Shown in pieces: positions 1 to 7,510 of a stretch of DNA of 18,949 nt. The DNA comes from Pseudomonadota bacterium (GTDB lineage Bacteria; Bdellovibrionota_B; Oligoflexia; Oligoflexales; CAIYRB01): assembly GCA_031416315.1 (NCBI GenBank), contig JANOTL010000060.1, positions 1 through 18,949 on the forward strand, given 5' to 3'. The notes beneath the pieces are model-generated. The model was not told the origin of the DNA and searched no databases. It saw only the letters and a list, made by a program, of their open reading frames with translations. The first letter of the stretch is position 1. Each line of letters starts with the position of its first letter. Position numbers and translations under genes: made by a program.

Positions 1-55
1 CTTTGCCTTCGTCGCCCCATTGGGCGCCGACGAGAATGGTCACGGAGCGGCTCAC
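1..55 (-). CDS. purA: Adenylosuccinate synthetase, N-terminal fragment (continues beyond the left edge)
   Basis: Manual translation from GTG at 55 gives MSRSVTILVGAQWGDEGK(G), the PurA N-terminal GTP-binding signature QWGDEGKG. GAGG Shine-Dalgarno lies at about 62-65 on the minus strand. Not in the ORF track. Confidence 0.93.
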   Translation of the reverse strand, partial: MSRSVTILVGAQWGDEGK

Positions 56-76
56 GGTAGACCTCGTAGTTCGCTT

Positions 77-104
77 TTGCTCCCGGGCCTTAGCATGGTA
101 TAGA
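77..104 (+). promoter_or_regulatory. Putative sigma70-type promoter for purB
   Basis: TTGCTC-N16-TATAGA with an extended -10 TG at 96-97, followed by AGGAGA RBS at 127-132. Confidence 0.4.
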
Positions 105-136
105 CCGCCGCGACCACAGGATTTTCAGGAGATTGC

Positions 137-1534
137 ATGGACTCCTTGAGCGCCATCACCCCGCTCGACGGGCGTTACCGCGACCGGACCTCTGGCCTTG
201 CCAGGTACGTCTCCGAGGGCGCCCTCGTCCGCTACCGCCTGAAGGTCGAAAGCGAGTGGCTCCTCCACCTGGCGGAGGTCCCACAGATCGCCCAGGCGCT
301 GAAGCTGACCGACGTCGCCCGCGGCGCCCTCGCCAAAGGCCTCGACGCCGGCGACGGCCTCATCGAGCGCCGCGTCAAGGAGCTCGAGGCCACGACCAAT
401 CATGACGTGAAGGCCGTCGAATATGCGATGCGCGAGCGGCTGACGATGCTCGGTGTCCTGCCGGCGGCGCAGGCCTTCATCCACTTCGCTTGCACGTCCG
501 AGGACATCAACAACCTCGCCTACGCGCTGATGCTCCGCGACCTCCGCGACAAGAGCCTCGTGCCGCACTTGGACCGTGTGATCGAGGCGCTGGCAACGCT
601 CGCCGATCGGCACGCAGCCCTCCCGATGCTCTCGCGGACGCATGGCCAGCCGGCCTCGCCGACGACGCTCGGCAAAGAGCTCGCCGTTTTCGGTCACCGC
701 CTCTTGCGGCAGCGCCAGCGCCTCGTCGCGCAGCCGATCGAAGGCAAGATCAACGGCGCGGTCGGCAACTACAACGCCCACATCGCGGCCTATCCCGAGC
801 TCGACTGGCCCAAGCTCGCCAAGAGCTTCGTCCTCACGCGCTTGCAGCTCGCCTTCAACCCCCTCACGACGCAAATCGAAAACCACGACTCGCTCGTGGA
901 GACGGTCGGGACCATCCGTCACGCCAACACCATTCTGATCGGCCTTTGCCGCGACGTCTGGTCCTACGTCTCCCTCGGCTACTTCACCCAACGCACTGTG
1001 GCGGGCGAGATCGGCTCGAGCACGATGCCGCACAAGGTGAATCCGATCGACTTCGAGAACGCCGAGGGCAACTTCGGGCTCGCCAACGCCCTTTGCTCGC
1101 ACTTCAGCGACAAGCTGCCGATCTCCCGCTGGCAGCGCGACTTGAGCGACTCCACCGTCCTGCGCGCACTGGGTGAGATCGCTGGCCACACCGAGCTGGC
1201 ACTGGCCTCTCTCATCAAAGGTCTCGGAAAAATCGAGGCCGCGCCCGCGCGCCTCGCCGTCGACCTCGACCAAGCTTGGGAAGTGCTCGCCGAGCCCATC
1301 CAAACGCTCATGCGCCGCCACGGTATCCTGGACGCCTATGAGCGCTTGAAAGGCGCCACCCGCGGCCTCTCCGTGTCGCGCGAAGCGCTGCACGCCCTCG
1401 TGCGCGCGACGGCGGAGCTGCCCGAAGAGGCCAAAACTCGCCTCCTCGGCATGACTCCCGCATCTTACGTCGGCCTCGCCCCGCAACTCGCGCGTGATTT
1501 CGTTCTGCAAGCACGCGCTCTTGTTCGTCCTTGA
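137..1534 (+). CDS. purB: Adenylosuccinate lyase
   Basis: 465 aa. N-terminal LSAITPLDGRY, TTNHDVKAVEY, HFACTSEDINN, SRTHGQPASPTT and the fumarate-lyase signature SSTMPHKVNPIDFENAEGN. Good RBS. Confidence 0.97.
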   Translation: MDSLSAITPLDGRYRDRTSGLARYVSEGALVRYRLKVESEWLLHLAEVPQIAQALKLTDVARGALAKGLDAGDGLIERRVKELEATTNHDVKAVEYAMRERLTMLGVLPAAQAFIHFACTSEDINNLAYALMLRDLRDKSLVPHLDRVIEALATLADRHAALPMLSRTHGQPASPTTLGKELAVFGHRLLRQRQRLVAQPIEGKINGAVGNYNAHIAAYPELDWPKLAKSFVLTRLQLAFNPLTTQIENHDSLVETVGTIRHANTILIGLCRDVWSYVSLGYFTQRTVAGEIGSSTMPHKVNPIDFENAEGNFGLANALCSHFSDKLPISRWQRDLSDSTVLRALGEIAGHTELALASLIKGLGKIEAAPARLAVDLDQAWEVLAEPIQTLMRRHGILDAYERLKGATRGLSVSREALHALVRATAELPEEAKTRLLGMTPASYVGLAPQLARDFVLQARALVRP

Positions 1535-1579
1535 GCCCTCTGCTACCTATGACTGATCGAACGCTTTAGGAGATTCGGA

Positions 1580-2032
1580 ATGCGCAACTCAATCGGATTC
1601 GTCGTCGCCGGCTTCGTCTCGCTCGTCGCGGGCTCCGCCCTCGCGAAAGACTGCGAGCTCAAGCTCGAAGGTAACGACGCCATGCAATACAACACGAAAG
1701 AGCTCGTCGTGGCGAAGGACTGCACCAACGTAAAAATTACGTTGAAGCACTCCGGCAAGCTCCCGAAGGCCGCCATGGGCCACAACGTCGTCATCTCGAC
1801 CGACAAGGACACGGCCGGCGTCACCGGCGACGGCGCCAAAGCCGGCGTCGCCAACGACTACGTGCCGAAGGACGACAAGCGCGTCATCGCTTCGACGAAG
1901 CTCGTCGGCGGCGGCGAGGAGACCTCGACCACGTTCAAGGCCGACGCCTTGAAGGCGGGCGAGAGCTACAAGTTCTACTGCACCTTTCCCGGCCACGCCG
2001 GCGTCATGGTCGGCGTCCTCGTCGTCAAGTGA
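1580..2032 (+). CDS. azu: Azurin (periplasmic type 1 blue copper protein)
   Basis: Signal peptide ending ALA, N-terminal Cys pair (KDC...KDC), NDAMQY, and copper ligands in MGHN and CTFPGHAGVM. AGGAGA RBS. Confidence 0.95.
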   Translation: MRNSIGFVVAGFVSLVAGSALAKDCELKLEGNDAMQYNTKELVVAKDCTNVKITLKHSGKLPKAAMGHNVVISTDKDTAGVTGDGAKAGVANDYVPKDDKRVIASTKLVGGGEETSTTFKADALKAGESYKFYCTFPGHAGVMVGVLVVK

Positions 2033-2042
2033 GCGACGCGCT

Positions 2043-2083
2043 GCGGGGATGCGGATCCGTCAGGGTCCGTTTCCCGCTTTTGT
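2043..2083 (+). terminator. Rho-independent terminator after azurin
   Basis: GCGGGGATGCGGATCC-GTCA-GGGTCCGTTTCCCGC stem followed by TTTTGT. The G-U pairs favour the plus strand. Confidence 0.8.
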
Positions 2084-2165
2084 CTAGGCCGTGACGTAGG
2101 GTGCTGGGCGCGAGCCTATAAGAGGCCTAGGCGTCGGTAAAGCAGATTCTTGACTGGCCAGCCAA

Positions 2166-2852
2166 CTATCCTCTGAAGTCGCCCTCAGTAAGAGTGCCGC
2201 GGTAGTGCGCGCAGGGCCAGACCATGGTCCCCGGCATGAGGAGCGTCCCCGGCGAGAGGACCGCGTTGCATCCGGTCTGTGCTCTGTCCCCCATAATGGC
2301 GCTGAACTTCGTCAGGCCCGTGCCGAAGGTCTCGCCCGTGCGCGGGTGGACGACGCGGATTTCCTTGCGGGTGAGCGGCAGGTTGGCGAGCTTCGTCCCG
2401 GCGCCGAGGTTCGTGTCGCAGCCGAGGATACCGTCGCCCACGTAGGCGAAATGGCCCGCCTTCGCCTCGTCGAAGAAGACGGAGCCCTTCACCTCCGTGG
2501 CATGGCCTACGACCGCCTTACGGCCCACGTAGACCGTTCCCCGCACGTAGGCGCCATGGCGCACCTCGGCCCCCGGTCCGATGTAGCAGGGCCCCTGAAT
2601 GAAGGCCGTAGGCTCGACGTGGGCCCCTTCCGCGATGTAGACGCGGCCCGAAACGTAGGCTCCCGCCTCGACTTTTCCGAGGATTGTGGGCGTCGTGCCA
2701 ACCCCTAAATCGTCGAGGCGCTTCTCCAGCCAAGTCCCCAAGGACTTGCCGACGTAGGCGAACGGGTTCTGGTCGACGAAGTGGCGCGCGTCCAAAACGC
2801 GGCCGAAATCGACGAAGTCACCGAGCACTAGGGAACTTGGACTTTGAGCCAT
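2166..2852 (-). CDS. Stand-alone left-handed beta-helix acyltransferase, resembling the C-terminal acetyltransferase domain of archaeal-type GlmU
   Basis: Hexapeptide repeats (VEPTAFIQGPCYIGPGAEVRHGAYVRG), HFAYVGDGILG, NLGAGTKLAN, KFSAIMGD...TGCNAVLSPG. No nucleotidyltransferase domain. Confidence 0.8.
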   Translation of the reverse strand: MAQSPSSLVLGDFVDFGRVLDARHFVDQNPFAYVGKSLGTWLEKRLDDLGVGTTPTILGKVEAGAYVSGRVYIAEGAHVEPTAFIQGPCYIGPGAEVRHGAYVRGTVYVGRKAVVGHATEVKGSVFFDEAKAGHFAYVGDGILGCDTNLGAGTKLANLPLTRKEIRVVHPRTGETFGTGLTKFSAIMGDRAQTGCNAVLSPGTLLMPGTMVWPCAHYRGTLTEGDFRG

Positions 2853-2887
2853 GCAGCTTTTGCTCCGTTGGCGCGGAATTTTTTGCC

Positions 2888-2914
2888 TAAAGCCGGTGCC
2901 GGCAAGTCCGAAAG
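2888..2914 (+). promoter_or_regulatory. Putative sigma28 (FliA) promoter
   Basis: TAAA-N15-TCCGAAAG versus consensus TAAA-N15-GCCGATAA, upstream of the 2991 ORF. Confidence 0.55.
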
Positions 2915-2990
2915 CGAGATCACGCCTGCGAACGGAAAGCCGGTCCGGGGACGAGCCAACGAGATCAGAGTCACGAGAAGGGTGTCAACG

Positions 2991-3227
2991 ATGTTCGACG
3001 CGAACCAGTTCAAGCGCAACGTCAAGGAATGGATCCGCCTCCATCCGGAGGGCAAGGAAGCCGACCTCCTCGACTTCTGCGAAGAGCAGATCCCGCCGGC
3101 GCAATACGCCGCGCACAGGTGGCTCGTCGAGCACACCCTGTCGTGGTACCGCCACATCCTCTCCCAGCGGGTCCACCACGTCGAGTACGCCGACGGTGGC
3201 GAGGATGCCGACGAGGCCGTGAGCTGA
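2991..3227 (+). CDS. Small hypothetical protein (78 aa, acidic tail)
   Basis: ATG at 2991 preceded by GAGAAGGG. GC-rich third positions and protein-like composition (MFDANQFKRNVKEWIR...). The track's longer start overlaps the neighbouring gene. Confidence 0.75.
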   Translation: MFDANQFKRNVKEWIRLHPEGKEADLLDFCEEQIPPAQYAAHRWLVEHTLSWYRHILSQRVHHVEYADGGEDADEAVS

Positions 3228-3246
3228 AGCGACCTCGCTTCAGCTC
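3221..3246. terminator. Perfect inverted repeat between convergent genes (probable bidirectional terminator or RNA-stabilising hairpin)
   Basis: GAGCTGAAGCGA-CC-TCGCTTCAGCTC with 12-bp perfect arms. No U-tract. Confidence 0.6.
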
Positions 3247-3273
3247 AACACGTCCCAGCGCCTGACGCGCGTC

Positions 3274-3591
3274 TTACGAGCGGATCCCGGTATGGGTGAG
3301 CTCGCGGACGCGCGTGAACTCGTTCTCGTCGATGACGTCGAGCGCTTCCATGTCCTCGAAGCCCAGATCTTTGATCCAGTCGATGTTCTGCATCTCAGGC
3401 AGGGGCGACACCACCTCGACGCCGTCGTCGGTCTCGTAGAACTCGTACGCCTCGAGGATTCGCCCGTCGGGGGACATCCGGTAGTAGTGGTAGCCGTCGC
3501 CGTTCACCACCGCCCCGTCCCGCGAATCGCCGGTCCAGTATTCCTTGGCGAACATCACTTCTGCATTCGTCGAATCGATGGAGCTCTGCAT
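3274..3591 (-). CDS. Small acidic hypothetical protein (about 105 aa)
   Basis: Typical codon bias, aromatic/acidic core (KEYWTGDSRDG...GYHYYRM...EAYEFYE). GGAGG upstream of ATG 3591; ATG 3609 is an alternative start. Confidence 0.75.
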   Translation of the reverse strand: MQSSIDSTNAEVMFAKEYWTGDSRDGAVVNGDGYHYYRMSPDGRILEAYEFYETDDGVEVVSPLPEMQNIDWIKDLGFEDMEALDVIDENEFTRVRELTHTGIRS

Positions 3592-3614
3592 GGGTTTCGA
3601 GGCCTCCATCCATG

Positions 3615-3642
3615 CTATCGGAGCATGCGGGACGGCAGTTGA
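3615..3642 (-). promoter_or_regulatory. Putative sigma28 (FliA) promoter
   Basis: TCAA-N16-TCCGATAG on the minus strand; the spacer is one nt longer than at the other four sites. Confidence 0.45.
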
Positions 3643-3710
3643 GAAAGCCGACCAAATGATTAAAGAATGATGAGATATTCCGCGATCTTACAACGACCGG
3701 GCCGGCGCGT

Positions 3711-4484
3711 CTAGTAGAGCCACTGCCCGAACCGGTTGAAGCGGAACACCGGCCAGTTGGACTCTCGCGGCGTGTAAACGCTCCAGATGACGAACAAAGC
3801 CTTGCCGCGGACGTATTCGAGCGGGACCTGGCCCCAAACCCGCGAGTCGGTCGAGTTGTCGCGGTTGTCGCCGACGCAGAAGACCGAGTCAGCCGGCACT
3901 TTGTAGGGGCCGGCGCCCGGCGGCGGCCAGCTGGAGCGTGTGAAGCGCCTGGCCGCGGGGACGTTCTGCATCACCCAGTGGTTCAGGCCGTTCAGCGTCT
4001 CAGTGTAAAGGATCTTGACGTCCTTTTGGTCGTCGATGTCCTCGAGGATGTTGCGGTCGCCGTTGTGGTCTTGGCGCGGCTGCGGCTCGCCGTTGACGTA
4101 AAGGATGTCGTCGCGGATCTCGATCGTGTCGCCGCCGACGCCGACGACGCGCTTGACGTAGTCGATGTCGGGATCGCGCGGGTAACGGAAGACGATGATG
4201 TCGCCACGCTTGGGCGTGCCCCACTCGGCCAGCTTCAGGTCGGTGAAGGGAACCTTCGCGCTATAGGCGAGCTTGAAGGCCAAAAGGCGATCGCCCACCT
4301 TGATCGTCGGCTCCATCGAGGCCGTGGGCACGTGATAGGGCGACGCCACCGACGACCGCAGAGCGAAGATCGCGAGGATCAAAATGCTCAGCGACTTGAT
4401 GTTGTCGAAACTGAAAAAGCCCGGCTTTTGCTTCGCCTTTGCCGACGTCACCGCCGCCTGGGCCGTACGATCCATCGAGGTCAT
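3711..4484 (-). CDS. lepB: Signal peptidase I
   Basis: TM segment, catalytic Ser box (VPTASMEPTI), RGDIIVF, catalytic Lys (YVKRVVG) and GDNRDNSTDSR. ATG 4484 chosen for its GGGAGAG RBS. Confidence 0.96.
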   Translation of the reverse strand: MTSMDRTAQAAVTSAKAKQKPGFFSFDNIKSLSILILAIFALRSSVASPYHVPTASMEPTIKVGDRLLAFKLAYSAKVPFTDLKLAEWGTPKRGDIIVFRYPRDPDIDYVKRVVGVGGDTIEIRDDILYVNGEPQPRQDHNGDRNILEDIDDQKDVKILYTETLNGLNHWVMQNVPAARRFTRSSWPPPGAGPYKVPADSVFCVGDNRDNSTDSRVWGQVPLEYVRGKALFVIWSVYTPRESNWPVFRFNRFGQWLY

Positions 4485-4544
4485 TCGCGCTCTCCCGGAG
4501 TCCTCTTGCATAGCCCAGGCCCCGACCGGAGTCATCCGCGATCT

Positions 4545-4571
4545 TCAGGGCTTGGATCCTCCTGCCGATAC
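4545..4571 (+). promoter_or_regulatory. Putative sigma28 (FliA) promoter
   Basis: TCAG-N15-GCCGATAC, ending 7 nt before ATG 4579. Confidence 0.55.
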
Positions 4572-4578
4572 GGAGGGC

Positions 4579-4875
4579 ATGAACCGCCTCGCCGCCTTCG
4601 CCTTCGCCGCCCTCGCGCTCCTCGCGTCGAGCCGCGCTTTCGCCTTCGCGGCCAATAAAGTCTGGTTCGAGTTTCGCCCCGAGGGCATCTATCGGGTCTA
4701 CGTGAACTATACCGTCCCGGAGCTGAAAGAATTCCGAGAGAGCTACGTCGAGTTCCGGAAAAAGAAGGATGCCGAGCGCTTCTACTGGGACCTGGTCAAA
4801 GGGGCGGATTTCTACCCCGAGGACCCGGCGACGCGCCGCTTCAACGCTCCGTCCCTGAAGCCTGAGCCGTGGTGA
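4579..4875 (+). CDS. Small secreted hypothetical protein (98 aa)
   Basis: Sec-type signal peptide MNRLAAFAFAALALLASSRAFA and an aromatic-rich mature part. The track's longer ORF overlaps lepB antisense. Confidence 0.75.
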   Translation: MNRLAAFAFAALALLASSRAFAFAANKVWFEFRPEGIYRVYVNYTVPELKEFRESYVEFRKKKDAERFYWDLVKGADFYPEDPATRRFNAPSLKPEPW

Positions 4876-4889
4876 CGCCCCGTCACCAC
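4869..4889. terminator. Hairpin between convergent genes
   Basis: GTGGTGACG-CCC-CGTCACCAC, a 9-bp perfect stem containing the TGA stop. No U-tract. Confidence 0.45.
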
Positions 4890-4890
4890 C

Positions 4891-4910
4891 CTCCATTCTC
4901 CATTCTCCAC
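4891..4910. repeat. 7-nt tandem repeat (CTCCATT x2 + CTCCAC)
   Basis: Directly visible in the intergenic spacer. Confidence 0.7.
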
Positions 4911-4917
4911 GTTCCGA

Positions 4918-5895
4918 TCACCGCAATGCCTTCATCCGCGTCAACGCTTCAGCCGACACCGACGCCCCGACCCGGCTGATCACGTCGGACGCCACCGTCG
5001 CCGCCATCGCGCCGCAGACGTCGAGCGTGCGGTCCGAGGTGAAGCCGTAAAGAAAGCCGGCGGCGAACATGTCGCCCGCGGCCGTCGTATCGACCACCTT
5101 GGTCGGCACCGGCGCGATCTTGAAGAGCGTCTTGCCCTTTTGGACGAGGGCGCCCTCGGCGCCGAGCTTGATCACCGCGATCGCGCCCTTGTCGGCGATC
5201 CACTGCGCGGCCGCCTCCGGCGGCGCGTCGAAGAGCATGCGCGCCTCCTCCTTGTTGGAGAAGACGATATCGGCATCTTCGGCGATCACATTCAGAAAGG
5301 CGTCGCGGTTCCTGCCGACCGCAAATGGGTCGGCGACGTCGAAGGACACCAGAGTATCGTGTTTGCGAGCGGCGTCGATCGCCTCGCGGACGGCCTTTTT
5401 TTGACCGTCGGTGTCCCACTGGTAGCCGCAGAAGTGGAGCACCTTAGCGCTTTTGATGTCTTCGTGCGGGACGTGCGCCTCGGTGTAGAGGCGGCTTGCG
5501 CCGAGGTTCGTGTTCATCGTGCGCTCGCCGTCCGGCGTGATCAAGATGACGCAGGTGCCGGTCGCCTCGGTGCTCTTCCCGAGCTTGCCTTTGATGCCGA
5601 GCTCGGCCATGCGCTGCGTGATCATGGTCCCGTAGGTGTCCTGAGCCACCATCCCGGCGAAGGCCGTCATTTTCCCGAGCTGCGCCAGGGTGCGGATCGC
5701 GTTCAAGGCGGAGCCGCCGAGCTCCACGGCTTTCGCATGGCCATCGAGATGGTTCAGAACGTGCTTTTGCCGGTCGCTGTCGACGAGGTGCATGATGCCC
5801 TTCGTCAGGCCCAACGAGGCGATGTCGTTCTCGTCGACCTGCACGAGGATGTCCACGAGCGCGTTGCAGATGCCGACGACGTCGAGCGTCTTCAT
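4918..5895 (-). CDS. PfkB-family carbohydrate kinase, adenosine kinase-like
   Basis: N-terminal GICNALVD, GGSALN, LITPDGERTMNTNLGAS and the PfkB signature VVDTTAAGDMFAAGFLYG. GGAG RBS. Confidence 0.9.
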   Translation of the reverse strand: MKTLDVVGICNALVDILVQVDENDIASLGLTKGIMHLVDSDRQKHVLNHLDGHAKAVELGGSALNAIRTLAQLGKMTAFAGMVAQDTYGTMITQRMAELGIKGKLGKSTEATGTCVILITPDGERTMNTNLGASRLYTEAHVPHEDIKSAKVLHFCGYQWDTDGQKKAVREAIDAARKHDTLVSFDVADPFAVGRNRDAFLNVIAEDADIVFSNKEEARMLFDAPPEAAAQWIADKGAIAVIKLGAEGALVQKGKTLFKIAPVPTKVVDTTAAGDMFAAGFLYGFTSDRTLDVCGAMAATVASDVISRVGASVSAEALTRMKALR

Positions 5896-5942
5896 GGGAA
5901 ACTCCGATGGGCGGTGATGGGCGTTCTTGCGAAGGCCGCACC

Positions 5943-6479
5943 TTAACCGGCTTTCGAAGTCCTGTCATCAGCCGCCGCGAGCGTCCCGTAGCGGGCTTCC
6001 GCCCGGAAACTGAGGAGTTTCAGGCGCTGCGCCTCGCCGTCGGCCAGCTGCTGGACGACCAAGGCCGCCGCGATCTTCTGGTGGCGGTGGAAGACCAGGG
6101 CCGCGAATGCGAGCGGCACGAGCTCGGGCGCGGGGACGAGGCGGGCGGATACGGCGCCGGCTAGGACGAAGGCGAGCGTCCCGAGCTTCCTGAGCCGGCG
6201 ATGGTGCCAGAAGCCGCCGCGCAAAGGGTCGCGCGCCACGTAAACGACGTAGGCGCCGGCCGCGAGCGCGCCGACCACCGGCCCGCCGAGGGGCAGGGCT
6301 CCGACGCGCACGGCGAGCGGCACGAGGAGGGCTAGCGCGACGAAGGGCAGGAGCGAGGCGGAAAGGCGGCGCTCAAAGAGGCGTCCCGCCTCGGCGACGT
6401 GATAGGCGCGGCGTCCGAGCCGTGCCCAAATGCCGAAGAGGGCGATGCCGATGAGGGCGACGGCAGTCATCGGGCTCAT
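5943..6479 (-). CDS. Hypothetical integral membrane protein (178 aa)
   Basis: ATG 6479 overlaps the upstream stop (ATGA). About five hydrophobic segments separated by Arg-rich loops. The N-terminal extension in the track is a shadow of the upstream gene. Confidence 0.7.
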   Translation of the reverse strand: MSPMTAVALIGIALFGIWARLGRRAYHVAEAGRLFERRLSASLLPFVALALLVPLAVRVGALPLGGPVVGALAAGAYVVYVARDPLRGGFWHHRRLRKLGTLAFVLAGAVSARLVPAPELVPLAFAALVFHRHQKIAAALVVQQLADGEAQRLKLLSFRAEARYGTLAAADDRTSKAG

Positions 6480-7369
6480 CCGGCCTTCGGGACGGCTGCC
6501 GCGAGTGGGGCGGGCGCCTCGTCCACGGCCTCGTCGAGGAGCTTGTTGAAGACCATCATGATCCGTTCGTCGTTGATGGCGGCCGGCTGGAACGGATAGT
6601 AGAGGGCGCCGATCTCGATCGCGCCGTCGGCGAGCCGGTTGACGACGGAGATGGGGAAGCTGTGGATGCGCAGCTCCTCGGCGATGTCTCTCAGCGCGAC
6701 GCCGGGCTCGGGCCGGCAGCGGGCGATCGTCGTGAAGAGCAAGCCGTCGGAGCCGAAGGTGACCGACTCCTTTTTCAGCCTCAGGGCCGGCAGGCTCGCC
6801 TGCAGGAAGTGGCTGAACATCTCGGTCAGGCGCCGCGCCTCGCCCACGAGGGAAAGCGAGCGCACGAAGGTGAGGCTCGCGTCCGCGACCGAGGTCTTGC
6901 GATCGGTCGCCGACCAAGTGCTCGCCGCGTGGCCCCACCGCAGCAAGTGCTCGAGGTGGAACGGCTGATCGGTCTTGCACATCTGCGCCATGCTCATCCG
7001 GATCACCGGCGAGTCGAGGAAGGCGCCGAGGGTGCACTGCATGTAGCTTTCCATGCTCCAGCACGGCGAGCCGGCCTTGGGCACCCCGCCGCCCATCGAG
7101 CCGTCTCCGCGCTGCAGGACGAAGACGCGGGCGAAACGGGCGAGCTCGCCGATCTCGCGGGCGCCGAGCGCCACCGAGTTGTCGTGGAGCACGATGTTCA
7201 GGCGACGACCTTGGAACGACGTCTCGAGGTTCCTGCGCAAATCGTCGTACGTGTTGAAGATCTGGGCGCCGCCGCCGAGCGAGGCGGAATAGCTCCGCAG
7301 GCGCCGCAGGCCGACTTCCTTCGAAGCGGTGAGGAGCTTGAGATCGAAATTGTTGAGACGCTCGGCCAT
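6476..7369 (-). CDS. Hypothetical protein (297 aa), possible degenerate receiver + GHKL-like domains
   Basis: GGAG RBS, normal codon bias, alternating beta/alpha pattern. The domain call is by eye only. Confidence 0.75.
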   Translation of the reverse strand: MAERLNNFDLKLLTASKEVGLRRLRSYSASLGGGAQIFNTYDDLRRNLETSFQGRRLNIVLHDNSVALGAREIGELARFARVFVLQRGDGSMGGGVPKAGSPCWSMESYMQCTLGAFLDSPVIRMSMAQMCKTDQPFHLEHLLRWGHAASTWSATDRKTSVADASLTFVRSLSLVGEARRLTEMFSHFLQASLPALRLKKESVTFGSDGLLFTTIARCRPEPGVALRDIAEELRIHSFPISVVNRLADGAIEIGALYYPFQPAAINDERIMMVFNKLLDEAVDEAPAPLAAAVPKAG

Positions 7370-7427
7370 GCGGCTCCGGCCCCACAGACGTGGGACGGGG
7401 ACTAGGGGATAAACCCGTACGTCCCCG

Positions 7428-7454
7428 TTATCGGTGACCGTGTCTCGAACGTGA
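7428..7454 (-). promoter_or_regulatory. Putative sigma28 (FliA) promoter
   Basis: TCAC-N15-ACCGATAA on the minus strand, 58 nt upstream of ATG 7369. Confidence 0.55.
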
Positions 7455-7510
7455 GAAGTTCTCTTGCAAAGTCGCCCGGTTGCCCCTTGGGTCCGGGGGG
7501 CATCTAGGCG

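Noticed and set aside
125..1510. 461-aa minus-strand ORF
   Set aside because: Antisense shadow of purB, typical of high-GC DNA, with no recognisable motifs.
1580..2032. Azurin directly downstream of purB as a novel functional link
   Set aside because: A canonical azurin, with no evidence beyond adjacency.
2867..2886. TTGGCGC...TTGC sigma54-like element
   Set aside because: The GG-to-GC spacing is not the required N10.
6480..7385. N-terminal extension of the 480-aa ORF
   Set aside because: Off-frame overlap with the 297-aa gene; the real start is ATG 6479 (ATGA coupling).
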